Shown: piece by piece, positions 18,055 through 27,759 of the stretch
How the letters are laid out: each line of letters opens with the position of its first letter
How positions within the stretch are numbered: the first letter of the stretch is position 1
Notes under the pieces: model-generated
Told to the model about the DNA's origin: nothing
The model's database searches: none
What the model saw: only the letters and a program-made list of their open reading frames with translations
Program-made: the position numbers and the translations under genes
NCBI GenBank assembly: GCA_018649885.1
Contig: JABIHA010000120.1
Span: 1-37,721 of the forward strand
Direction of reading: 5' to 3'
DNA length: 37,721 bases
Source: Bacteriovoracaceae bacterium
GTDB lineage: Bacteria > Bdellovibrionota > Bacteriovoracia > Bacteriovoracales > Bacteriovoracaceae

Positions 18055-18687
18055 TTATTTCCAGTGATTTGGTAAGTAAAAGAAAAATACTCCGTTGCCG
18101 CGAGGTAGGCCCCAATCTTCAACATAGCCGGTTGTTTTTTTGGCCTCTTCAGACTCTTCAGCTTCCTCAAAAACATTGTAGGCCCTAAAATCAACTTTAA
18201 TCAAGGTTGATTCATCGCCCTTTTTTTCAACAGTAGCATTCATATTGATCATTCCTTCGTCTTGATCAATTCCTATTGAATAGGCTTCTTTCGTACTTTG
18301 CTCTACCCACTGATTTGGGTTTTCAGTATTGTCCCAGGCGTAATAAAATGAACTAACTTCAATATTACCGCACAAATATAATCTTCGGACACTGTATCTA
18401 ATAAATGCTTCTTCTTCGTGTTTTCTGTTAATCGTAACAGATACAAAACCTACAACTGAGTTTTTACCGTCGTACATGCTATCTGCATTTTTGTAGAGGT
18501 AGATAATATTATCACCACTCTCGGCAGCTCCTTGTATAAGATGGCCAAAGTAATTAAATTCTCTTTCACCATGGCAACTGGCGACAGTTCTGACTTCTTT
18601 TTCTACTAATTTTTCAGGCTTTGCTTCCTCGGCCTTTATAGAAACTGCCAATGTTAATAGACCAAAAGCTAGCAATACTATTTTCAT
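18055..18687 (-). CDS. Secreted hypothetical protein
   Basis: GGAGA RBS before ATG 18687; signal peptide ending IKA. Confidence 0.75.
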   Translation of the reverse strand: MKIVLLAFGLLTLAVSIKAEEAKPEKLVEKEVRTVASCHGEREFNYFGHLIQGAAESGDNIIYLYKNADSMYDGKNSVVGFVSVTINRKHEEEAFIRYSVRRLYLCGNIEVSSFYYAWDNTENPNQWVEQSTKEAYSIGIDQDEGMINMNATVEKKGDESTLIKVDFRAYNVFEEAEESEEAKKTTGYVEDWGLPRGNGVFFFYLPNHWK

Positions 18688-18891
18688 GTGATATCTCCCA
18701 AACAAATTATTGATGGTGCACACAAACAATTTCAACTTGGCCAGTCAAACGTTGCGCACTGCATGTATAAAATGTTTTCGATTGCGTATTCATTTTCTTA
18801 ATTAAAAGGATACAAACTCAATAGGTTGAAATAACGCCTCGCACAGAGCATGTCTATTACACACCTGCAAGCTCAAAATGTACTACTCAGC

Positions 18892-19818
18892 TTATTGCAT
18901 GGGAGCGTGGTCAGAGGTTTGATGTTGAGGATAGTCTTCATCGTCTTCATGAAACTCAAGAAAATTTTCAAGTCTTCCCACGAGGTCGCGGCTATCCCTG
19001 AGTAGACCCTTAAGTTCACTTCCCTTGTAATTAATTTCTTCAATTAAAATTTTAGCAAGGGTTTTATTGAGTTTTTTCAAGGGAGTTTTTATATCTTTAT
19101 ATTCAGCAGGGAAAGGCTTAAAGGTGAGTGCTTGATTGACACCTTCTTTAACACCGTGAAGTTTTACGGTTTCAACTATTTTCTTAATTTCTCTAGTTGG
19201 ACGATTTTGGATGATTTCTAAAATTTCGTCTTGGTCCTTTTTTTTCAACTTGATGATCTCGCTGGCCTGTGAAGCATTGAGTTCCCCAAGAGATCTGGCC
19301 TCTTTCACTCTTTTAGACGAAAGTGCATCACGCTTAATGGCCTCTTTAATCACTCCCTTGGAAAGCCCCGTTTTCTCCGCTGTGATTGCGGCAAAAGAGG
19401 TGGTGTCCATGGACTCTTCTTCTTTTTTTGCTTTCTTTTGAGAGGGGGAAAGAGAATCAGTTGATAGGCTTACTTTGTTTACATCCGGATTAATCTTTTC
19501 ATAGATCTCACGACCACGATTGAGGCACTTTTCAAATTCTAGTTTACTGAGAGGGGTTCGAACCAGGTTTTCGTCAATGGAGATTAGCTCTTGCTCAAGC
19601 GGGCTTCTGTCGACGATTTCAACCCTTACTTCCTTGGCGCCCATTTTTTTGAGTGCAGTGTAGCGTCTTCCACCAGCTAATAATTTATTTTCTTTATTTA
19701 GAGTCAGCGGGTGAATAAGTCCTACTGTCTGAATACTTGTCATAAGAGATTCAACGTCGTCGTCCATTCTCAGGTAAGAGTTATCAATTATAATGTCATC
19801 AATGGGCATGAGATTCAC
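18892..19818 (-). CDS. ParB/Srx N-terminal domain protein with probable HTH (orphan ParB-like)
   Basis: L..SI...GLIHPL, LLAGGRRY and DENLVR motifs; HTH-like TAEKTGLSKGVIK. Confidence 0.8.
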   Translation of the reverse strand: MNLMPIDDIIIDNSYLRMDDDVESLMTSIQTVGLIHPLTLNKENKLLAGGRRYTALKKMGAKEVRVEIVDRSPLEQELISIDENLVRTPLSKLEFEKCLNRGREIYEKINPDVNKVSLSTDSLSPSQKKAKKEEESMDTTSFAAITAEKTGLSKGVIKEAIKRDALSSKRVKEARSLGELNASQASEIIKLKKKDQDEILEIIQNRPTREIKKIVETVKLHGVKEGVNQALTFKPFPAEYKDIKTPLKKLNKTLAKILIEEINYKGSELKGLLRDSRDLVGRLENFLEFHEDDEDYPQHQTSDHAPMQ

Positions 19819-20013
19819 AAAAGTGGCCTTAGAAAAAGTGAGACGAAATTAAAGCTCAATTTCCACTGAATTGTCACAAAAAAATCGCCTGGAAGTTAAA
19901 AGAAAGTTAGTGCACGATGCAGCTAAAATCTCAGATCAATAGCTTGGCCCATTGTTACTTTTTACGCTATGCTATGAGACATAGATTTTTGAACTCATTG
20001 ACACGGACGGTAT

Positions 20014-21039
20014 ATGAGATTTTTGATTTTTTTCTTAATTGGCATTTCTTCAAGCTATGGTTTTTATCCTACTAGGTCTGAGCTTGATAAGTCTCTTTCA
20101 ACATTTGCCATCGGGTCTTGCAATAAACAAAATAAAAAGCAGCCTTTGTGGAAAACTATTACACTAGGTCGCCCCCAATTATTTTTGTGGCTAGGTGATA
20201 TTGTTTACGGCAATTCTCCTGATCATCTGGTTGTGAGAAAGAAATATCTAAAACAATTCAACCGTGCAGGATACCTTGGCTTTGCAAAGGCCACTCCTAT
20301 TTTAGGTATATGGGATGACCATGACTTCGGTATGAATAATATGGGCAAAGGGCTTAAGGCCAAAGATCAAAATCAAGTTTCCTTATTAGATTTTTTAGAG
20401 TTCCCTGCAGATTCTCCAGTCAGGTCGCAAAAGGGAATCTACAATTCTGTAACTTGGGGGCTTGGAAGAGACCAGGTGAAATTTATTCTTCTCGATGTCA
20501 GGTATTTTAGAGATAGACCGGGAAGGCTAGGTGATATTTTGGGACGTAAGCAGTGGAAATGGCTAAAAAAGGAACTTAAAAATTCAAAAGCGGCCATTCA
20601 CTTTTTCGCCTCTGGAACAATTTTTCTTGGTAAGGATATTCCGCACGGTGAAGAGTGGGTGGATTATCCCAGGTCATTTAAAAAACTATTTAAAACCATT
20701 AACACCCTAAAACCTTCTGGAGTTGTCTTTTTGTCAGGTGATAAACATGTGGGAACGATTCTTTCTCACAAAAATAAGGGCAACACCTACCATGAGTTTA
20801 TTTCAAGTGGTCTAACCCATGTAAATAAGCCTGGAGAGGGACTAGAGTTAAAAAGAGAGCTCTACGGTAGAGACAATGTTGTCAATGTTCTCAACTTTGG
20901 TCAAATTGATATTAATTGGGGAGAAGAAAATATTGACTTAAAGTTTATGCTTAAAGGCACAAATGGTGAAACCATCATTTCAAGAAAGTTATCAAAAAAG
21001 AGAAACTCACGATTCTTTGTGAAAGTTAATTCAAATTAG
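20014..21039 (+). CDS. phoD: Alkaline phosphatase D (PhoD-like) family protein
   Basis: IGSCN, WLGDIVY, WDDHD, LLDVRYFR, LGRKQWKWL, LSGDKH and SSGLTH motifs; signal peptide. Confidence 0.88.
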   Translation: MRFLIFFLIGISSSYGFYPTRSELDKSLSTFAIGSCNKQNKKQPLWKTITLGRPQLFLWLGDIVYGNSPDHLVVRKKYLKQFNRAGYLGFAKATPILGIWDDHDFGMNNMGKGLKAKDQNQVSLLDFLEFPADSPVRSQKGIYNSVTWGLGRDQVKFILLDVRYFRDRPGRLGDILGRKQWKWLKKELKNSKAAIHFFASGTIFLGKDIPHGEEWVDYPRSFKKLFKTINTLKPSGVVFLSGDKHVGTILSHKNKGNTYHEFISSGLTHVNKPGEGLELKRELYGRDNVVNVLNFGQIDINWGEENIDLKFMLKGTNGETIISRKLSKKRNSRFFVKVNSN

Positions 21040-21052
21040 GCCAACAAGTAGG

Positions 21053-23044
21053 TTACTCGGTAATAAGCTCAATATGATTTTTAATAAATGGAGAGTCAAA
21101 AAGTACCACCTGGCCGTAAGTATTTTTTTCCAAATAAGCTTGTCTTTTATACGGTGTGATTAAATTTCCTGGATCAAGACTTAACTTTATCACTAAATAT
21201 GAGCCCGCAAGTACAAGGTGGTTTGTGGGCGGAAAAGTTAAACTAACTTGCTCATTTCCCTGAACTTTTAAAGGGTGATAGGCCCGTGGTATGCGGTGAA
21301 CGGTACTTATTGAGTTATCAGGTCTTACGATATAGGCGTAAGCACTTAAGGTTGACCCAAGGGATTCATTTTCCAGGTTCAAATTCAATTTGATGGGTCC
21401 ATTGAGAGTCGTGTGTTCATTTATTTTTACGTATATACTTTGCTCTATGGGGAAGTTGTTGGGGTTCACACCAGGCAAATAGTCAAATAGGTAGCCAATT
21501 GAAAAATGAGAAAACTCAGACCTCAATTGATCAAATTCAGCATGTTTTTTTATTCCACCTTGATTTGAAAGGAAAATTGTTTTCTTTTTTAGCGCTGACG
21601 GTGGGTAGGAATCTCCTTCAATTACTTTTTTTTGTGCCATTGAGTAAACGGCCACTTTCTTTGTCAATACTTTTAGTTGATCTTGACTATGCTCGAGTTG
21701 ATTATTGTATTCTTTTCCTTGTGCAGTCTGTGCAAAGTCTCCGCAACCATGGCCACCACCATGAAGATATAGTGAGTGCTTGTTATTTGGAGCATTTAAC
21801 TGAAGATAGGTGAATGATTTTAGAGTATCTCTAGAGTCCTGGTCATGTGTATTACCTGCTACAAAATAAGTAGGTGCTTTTATTTTTAATAACTCTTCTG
21901 AGCTTGTTCTATTTTGATAGTAGCTTTTTTCGGCTTCAGGTTCCCCCGATATGACCTTGAGTAAATCATTCCATTCAGGGATATCTCTTCCCACTATATA
22001 GTTGTCATACTCGCTTAGAGGAACTTTAGTTTGCTTTAAATAAGCAAGCTTTGCACGATAGTTAGAACGGGCTACCATCTTTGTTATGCCAGCATAGCTA
22101 ATCAAAAAAGATTCTACGCTTCCTCCAGATGTGAAGCTGTCTGATTTTGTATCAATGGGGGCACTGCAAGCCAGAACACTGAAAATACCAGGGTCATTTG
22201 AGGCAGCGGCACTAAGAGCATTGAAGCCATCATAGGATGTACCAACGAGTGCTATCTTTCCATTGCTGCTTTCTTGAGATTTAATCCAAGTGATGGCGTC
22301 GCTACCATCACTAATATTAATTTTGTGAAGCCATTTGAACTCACCAGTTGAAGGAAATACACCTCGATTACTTTGGATCACCACATTCATTGACTTTTTT
22401 AAGTACTTTGATACGACTGGACCTAAATAGGTCTCTCCATTTATGGGGAGGTAGGGACTTCTGATTAAGACAGTAGTCGATTTTTTATTTTTTTGAATAA
22501 AAGAGTAGGTCGCAAGAGTCGTACCGTCTTTCATTGCTACATCATCGTATTTAAAATCGACACCTTTTAAAAAGCTAAGTGAAATTCCTTGTAGCAGTCC
22601 CCCTCCATCAACCCTAAGATTAAAAATTACCTCTATGCCTCCAAGGTTACGGTCGAATTTAAATTTTCCTGTTAAGATTTTCCCTTTTTTAAAAAGATAC
22701 TCAAAGCTTTGGCATTTTATTCCGGCTCCTTTAAATTGGGACAGGTATGTAGACGCTAGTGCCAAGGCCCTTTCGCTACTTAAGTATTTTTCTAGTTCAA
22801 AAGGATTGGGTGTTTCTCCCATTTGATGGCAATAGTAGCCAATAAAATCGTCAGCAATAGTACTTACTTTTTGTGCTCCTTCATCTCCAGTTAAAATTTC
22901 ACCAGTCTCATTAAGAGTGTCTAAAAGGGAGTCGTTTGCATTTTGCACATCAACCGCTAATTGCTCAATAGAGGTAGCTTTTTTTCCAGCACCACATGAG
23001 TACACTAATACCAATAAAAAAAAGAATTTTACTATTTTGACCAT
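21053..23044 (-). CDS. CocE/NonD (peptidase S15) family hydrolase lipoprotein
   Basis: MKDGTTLAT, LIRSPY, RG...STG, DG.DAI.WI..Q..SNGKI and nucleophile GTSYDG; lipobox VYSC; start at MVKIVK after a GGGGG RBS. Confidence 0.85.
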   Translation of the reverse strand: MVKIVKFFFLLVLVYSCGAGKKATSIEQLAVDVQNANDSLLDTLNETGEILTGDEGAQKVSTIADDFIGYYCHQMGETPNPFELEKYLSSERALALASTYLSQFKGAGIKCQSFEYLFKKGKILTGKFKFDRNLGGIEVIFNLRVDGGGLLQGISLSFLKGVDFKYDDVAMKDGTTLATYSFIQKNKKSTTVLIRSPYLPINGETYLGPVVSKYLKKSMNVVIQSNRGVFPSTGEFKWLHKINISDGSDAITWIKSQESSNGKIALVGTSYDGFNALSAAASNDPGIFSVLACSAPIDTKSDSFTSGGSVESFLISYAGITKMVARSNYRAKLAYLKQTKVPLSEYDNYIVGRDIPEWNDLLKVISGEPEAEKSYYQNRTSSEELLKIKAPTYFVAGNTHDQDSRDTLKSFTYLQLNAPNNKHSLYLHGGGHGCGDFAQTAQGKEYNNQLEHSQDQLKVLTKKVAVYSMAQKKVIEGDSYPPSALKKKTIFLSNQGGIKKHAEFDQLRSEFSHFSIGYLFDYLPGVNPNNFPIEQSIYVKINEHTTLNGPIKLNLNLENESLGSTLSAYAYIVRPDNSISTVHRIPRAYHPLKVQGNEQVSLTFPPTNHLVLAGSYLVIKLSLDPGNLITPYKRQAYLEKNTYGQVVLFDSPFIKNHIELITE

Positions 23045-23221
23045 GTTTAAACCCCCATCTAGAGTCGACCCAATCAACAACTAGATGATCATTCATAGCA
23101 TCCCCCAAAAAATCTGCAATGGGTGTAAGAAGGGGTTAGATCATAAGTGTTCCATAAACAATCAATGCGTAAAATCTATGAATTTTTAATTAACAGCGGG
23201 GGGATTTTTGTAATAGTGGTG

Positions 23222-24835
23222 TCAGTTTGCTGGTTGAAAAGTTTTGTACTCTTTAACCATTTGACTTGCAATGAGTTTCCAGTCGTAATTTTTGACTGCA
23301 ATTGAGTGCAGGCCATCTTTGGTTTTGGCGAGGTTTTTATCTCCTAGGATGTGGGTAATATTCTTAATGAGAACAGGAACTCTTTTGTCTGCTTCCATTG
23401 GAAATTTCATATATTTCCAAATATTCTCTGTAATTTTGTCTTTTAATTCATCAATACCATCTTTGAAGCCACTGAAATAGGAAACCATTGGCAGTACTCC
23501 ATTTGCAAGGGATTCCATTAACACAAGTGGATAGGCTTCGGGAACAACTGAGGGGAATATGGCCAAGTCTGCGCAGGGAAAAAGGTGCTGTAAATGATCA
23601 TGCCCAAGTCTGCCTGTGAAATGAATTCTATCTTTAACTTTTTGCCCATTTTCTAAAATAGTTTTTCGATTTTTTGGATCAGCTAAGTATGTTTTGACAT
23701 CGTTCCAAGGTCCTTTTAGCTCACCTCGGTCCAGATCAAATCCGTTTTCCACAAGGTAATCTAGAAGTTTTAGGTCTCCATTTTCGATAGCATAAACCAA
23801 ACCCTCTAAAACTTCTCGGTAAGCTCCAGATCCCACAATAATCAGCTGAGTGTTAGCTCTTTTATTTAATATCTCTGGCATCGCCGTGATAAGTGTTTGA
23901 AGTCCCTTGCCGGCAGTTAAGGCGCCCACAAAAATCATGACTTTTTGATCCCAGTTAACCGATTTTAATTTGTCTTTTATATTGGAGTCGGGAGCGTATT
24001 CATTGTAGGCATTTCGATATTCAGCTAGAGAATTCCAGTCACCAAGACTTAATTTTTCTCTTAGCTCACAGCTTTGCTCAGGAGATTTGCCCTGCTTCAG
24101 TTTTTCTGAAATTAATTTATCAATGCTACTAGGTCTATCACAATATTTAACGGGACAAAATAGTGACGTATCCACGCCGACTCCCACAATTTTGGTTTTG
24201 TCTAAAATCATTTTTTTGTGTTCTGGATATAGAGTCGTAATACGGTCTCTTACTTCCTCATTTCCAATGATCAAACCATTGCATTTTTCTAAGGCCTTGA
24301 TCGCCTGGTTGTAAAAGCGTTTGTCCGGACGAATTGTATATTCAATGGAGCTTCCATGGGGAAAGATAATGAATGGGGTACCAGTATTTAAACAAGGATT
24401 CTGTGCAATGATGGGCTGATATACGAGGTGGTTGCAGTGTAGAATATCCAGCTGAACCTCTCTCAGGATTGTCTCTAGAACTTTTTCATAAAACTGGAGG
24501 TAATCTTCGAGCTCACCATCAGTCAGATTGATAAAGGCGCGGGCCTTGCTGCCTCTTTGCTTGTCAGTCACATACACGGGGTAAATTTCTGACTCAGGTA
24601 GAATATGTAAAACGCAGTTAACAGTGTCTTTGGATGAATTCTTTAAAACCCCTTTTTCGCCTTGGGCGCTCCATTTGAAAACTTTGTTAAAAAAAGGTAA
24701 TTTGTCAGGATTTGTTTCTCGGCAAATGACATGAACCTCATGGCCATCGCTATGAATAGATCTCGCCAAGTATCTGGTGTACTCATTACTTCCCGAGCCA
24801 GTTAGTTCATATCCGTGGAATAATCCAATTTTCAA
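23222..24835 (-). CDS. Glycosyltransferase family 4 (GT-B)
   Basis: N-terminal GSG, HGS, GVDTSLF, FVG.L...KG, FTGRL and EX7E motif EAYPLVLME; AAGGA RBS before TTG. Confidence 0.88.
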   Translation of the reverse strand: MKIGLFHGYELTGSGSNEYTRYLARSIHSDGHEVHVICRETNPDKLPFFNKVFKWSAQGEKGVLKNSSKDTVNCVLHILPESEIYPVYVTDKQRGSKARAFINLTDGELEDYLQFYEKVLETILREVQLDILHCNHLVYQPIIAQNPCLNTGTPFIIFPHGSSIEYTIRPDKRFYNQAIKALEKCNGLIIGNEEVRDRITTLYPEHKKMILDKTKIVGVGVDTSLFCPVKYCDRPSSIDKLISEKLKQGKSPEQSCELREKLSLGDWNSLAEYRNAYNEYAPDSNIKDKLKSVNWDQKVMIFVGALTAGKGLQTLITAMPEILNKRANTQLIIVGSGAYREVLEGLVYAIENGDLKLLDYLVENGFDLDRGELKGPWNDVKTYLADPKNRKTILENGQKVKDRIHFTGRLGHDHLQHLFPCADLAIFPSVVPEAYPLVLMESLANGVLPMVSYFSGFKDGIDELKDKITENIWKYMKFPMEADKRVPVLIKNITHILGDKNLAKTKDGLHSIAVKNYDWKLIASQMVKEYKTFQPAN

Positions 24836-24926
24836 AAATCTTTCCTTTTTGTGGGTCTATTTTATCTTGCTCTAGCTCTTAATTTCAATAGAAAAACTTA
24901 AAGCAATGAAAAGCAGAGGAATCGAT

Positions 24927-25883
24927 TTACTGATGGATCAGATAGCTATGTTCCATGCAGCGTTCGAGCTGATTTTCTGCAAGTGGGTAGTCGATTAGAC
25001 CAGTATTTAGAAAGTGGGCCAATTGGTTTGCGGCCTGTGCTCCTTCATAATTAACAAAAACTTTTTTTCGATCATCTTCAGGGATAAAACCAACGACTTT
25101 AAAGACTTCTGCTCCAACAGCACTTATTTTTGCCCAGGAATTATTTCTGGATTCTTTCCTTATTTCAGCATCTGTTTGCTGATATGGATTTAGAGGTCCT
25201 GGGATTGATCTTTTTTCAGCAACGTCCTCAAGCCTTCTAAGCATTATACCCCAGAGTCTATACCAAGAACCTGGATGATCACCACTCTGGCCATCACCTC
25301 TCTCAGACAAGTCTCCTCGTATATCTACAAACCTTTCCCAAAAGAGTTTTTGTTCTATGGAATCACTCTCATATGAGTAAAATGCTGTCAGTTGATAGCG
25401 GGCCATATTTCTAAGTAACTGGTGTATTGTTAAAATTGAGTTCCAGACATTTCCTCTATTAAGCGAAAGAGAAATGCTGTAAAGGAGTGTTGGGGCTATT
25501 GTATTATAGCCTTGTGCGAATACCCTTTCTTTTAAGGCCTCTTCGAGTCCTGTGCTGTAGTCGCATTTTCTTCCTGGAACGGCAGCTAAGTAATTAAAAA
25601 AATCATCATCGTTGTAGCTACAATTCATCTCATTTTTTGAAATTGAAAGAGGATCGAATGAAATACTACTAATTAGAGACATGCATGCCCCGAGCTCACT
25701 GCCATTTAGGGTTATTTTTGATGGACTAGCAAAGGAGTAGCTCCATTCATACAAAGGGTTCCTGGGAGTTTTGGCTGAAAAAATCGATTGAAGGTTATCA
25801 AGCTCAGTTTCAGGTGGATTTGTAAGTCCTGTACAAGGCCTTACTAAGAAAAAAAAAGTGATCAGAAATAGTAGCTTTATCAT
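24927..25883 (-). CDS. Secreted hypothetical protein
   Basis: AGGAAG RBS before ATG 25883; hydrophobic signal; this start is consistent with the sigma-54 promoter position. Confidence 0.75.
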   Translation of the reverse strand: MIKLLFLITFFFLVRPCTGLTNPPETELDNLQSIFSAKTPRNPLYEWSYSFASPSKITLNGSELGACMSLISSISFDPLSISKNEMNCSYNDDDFFNYLAAVPGRKCDYSTGLEEALKERVFAQGYNTIAPTLLYSISLSLNRGNVWNSILTIHQLLRNMARYQLTAFYSYESDSIEQKLFWERFVDIRGDLSERGDGQSGDHPGSWYRLWGIMLRRLEDVAEKRSIPGPLNPYQQTDAEIRKESRNNSWAKISAVGAEVFKVVGFIPEDDRKKVFVNYEGAQAANQLAHFLNTGLIDYPLAENQLERCMEHSYLIHQ

Positions 25884-25914
25884 TTTCTTCCTAAAAGTTA
25901 TTACACTATATGAG

Positions 25915-25931
25915 AGCAATGTGAGTGCCAA
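25915..25931 (-). promoter_or_regulatory. Sigma-54 (-24/-12) promoter
   Basis: Minus strand reads TTGGCAC-TCACA-TTGCT, an exact TGGCAC-N5-TTGCW match about 30 nt upstream of ATG 25883. Confidence 0.75.
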
Positions 25932-26186
25932 AAGGTGCACTTAGCAGACAAGAGATAGCAAACTAAGTATTTGAAAGTACTCGGGGGTGTGCGATGCATT
26001 AAAGTGCAGGCAAGGAGAAAATTACAATTGTGCATAATTGTTTTACGCTCTCAAAGAGGTGCCAAAACATATTGTAATCCATTTTTTATTTGCCGTGCGT
26101 TGAGCTTTGTTTCCAGCTAACGAAAAACTACCCAAAATGTTAAAATACTTGCTAGAGATAACTGGAAATTATACAGCTGGAGTAAT

Positions 26187-26987
26187 ATGAAATTGCATCA
26201 CTTTTTTCTACTTCTAATTACCATGGGTGCCTTGTCCTCTTGTGTCGAGGTGGTCAAGTCTAGCTATGAGGATCCAGGAGAGCTTCCCACTATTGCGACT
26301 TTTGAAGTGGCCTTAGAAGGTGGCTCTTTCATTTACAGCAAAGAATCCCTGCGCGGTGATACTTTTTTCCAAAACCTTGGAAGTGAAATAGAAAATTATT
26401 CAAATAGATTCATAGCAGGTGACTGGAGAGTCTTTTTCACTGGTTGGACAGGTGCGGATCCATTAATGGGATCTCTTTTTTGTGGCCACTCAAGAGTCAA
26501 AGGCAAAAAAGGAGTTACCTTTGTCATGGATAAAATGATGAAATTTAATTGCGAACATGAGCTCTTCTTTGATGATGAATACTATGACGATGATGGTGTG
26601 TTTCAATTGAGTATTGTTAACTGTGAAGACCTAAGTAAAGTCGACCCCTCATTAAAAAATTGTGATTCGGCCATGGGAAGTGCTGAGTCACTTCGAATTT
26701 CTTTTGGCGTCACACGTATTGGGAATTTTCAAGGAATTAGCTCAGAGTGTATTTTACTAGAAGACGCTCAGTCCGTAACAGATCTGCCTACCTCTCTTCC
26801 CACGGGAAGTGATAAATATAACAACTACACTGTCGTTTTTGAGGCCTTTGATGATGACGACTGTAAAACAATTCCTAAGACAATTATTCTTCCAAAAGGT
26901 CTGAGGGATGGCCTGGCAGGTGAGGCCCAATTAGAGGCGGACTCAGTAAACAAAAAAGCCTTACTTTATCTCAAAACAAATTCATAA
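26187..26987 (+). CDS. Hypothetical lipoprotein
   Basis: GGAG RBS; lipobox LSSC; acidic, Cys-containing. Confidence 0.78.
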   Translation: MKLHHFFLLLITMGALSSCVEVVKSSYEDPGELPTIATFEVALEGGSFIYSKESLRGDTFFQNLGSEIENYSNRFIAGDWRVFFTGWTGADPLMGSLFCGHSRVKGKKGVTFVMDKMMKFNCEHELFFDDEYYDDDGVFQLSIVNCEDLSKVDPSLKNCDSAMGSAESLRISFGVTRIGNFQGISSECILLEDAQSVTDLPTSLPTGSDKYNNYTVVFEAFDDDDCKTIPKTIILPKGLRDGLAGEAQLEADSVNKKALLYLKTNS

Positions 26988-27107
26988 TGACTCAAGATAT
27001 TTACACTTCTACAGGCCTAGAGCTCACCTTATTAGTCCAAGTCTGCCATATTTGGTGTAAGTTCTTTCTTGTAATACAATGATCCAAATTTCACGCATGG
27101 GGATGTA

Positions 27108-27656
27108 TTGAAAAAATTGGTTTTTTTTTTGCTTTTTATGGTACTTGCAAGTCATGGGCACGCAGGTGTTAGCTACAATTGTCAAAATAAAGTAGCAGGG
27201 CAATTTGGATTTAATTTAACCATTGCAATGACAAGACACTACAAGGACACTCACGTTTTTATAGAAGAGGATACCGCTATTGCAGCGATTAGCTATCCAG
27301 ATTCTAGGCTAAATAGGTATAGTCTGTTAAATGGTGATCCACCTGATATTTCCCAAAGCACAGCAACTTACAAATTTAGGTTTGCTAAGGAAGACAATCC
27401 CTACAAAGTTTTAAGAGTTGAATACGTAGTCGATAGAAAAAATAACTCTCAAACTGCAAAATCTGAATGGGAAGATGTGACTCCAGCGGATTGTATTTTC
27501 CACGACCTTTATGATGAATGCTCCTTCACTCCCTCAGGACCGAGATCTGAGTTTGATTCATGCTATGGGTTTTTAAATGACGAATATACTTCGATGGTTG
27601 AAAGCAAACACCCATATTTTTTAGGGCATCCAAAAATTACTGCCTGCCATGAGTAA
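27108..27656 (+). CDS. Secreted hypothetical protein
   Basis: GGGGA RBS, TTG start, signal peptide ending GHA. Confidence 0.72.
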   Translation: MKKLVFFLLFMVLASHGHAGVSYNCQNKVAGQFGFNLTIAMTRHYKDTHVFIEEDTAIAAISYPDSRLNRYSLLNGDPPDISQSTATYKFRFAKEDNPYKVLRVEYVVDRKNNSQTAKSEWEDVTPADCIFHDLYDECSFTPSGPRSEFDSCYGFLNDEYTSMVESKHPYFLGHPKITACHE

Positions 27657-27759
27657 TCGCCTCTATAATTTGCCAGTTTCCAAGACTTTAGGCCCATACT
27701 CACATTCTAACTGCCTATAACCCCGTAATTTTGCGCACTTATTGTATCCTATTGCCATT

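Noticed and set aside
18892..19818. ParB gene as a marker of a prophage, plasmid or defence island
   Set aside because: No integrase, phage, replication or defence genes and no att-like repeats were seen nearby
26110..26168. TTTCCAG...CTGGAAA as a third copy of the bulged hairpin
   Set aside because: Lacks the GCAC/TG inner stem and bulge; only a 7-bp match
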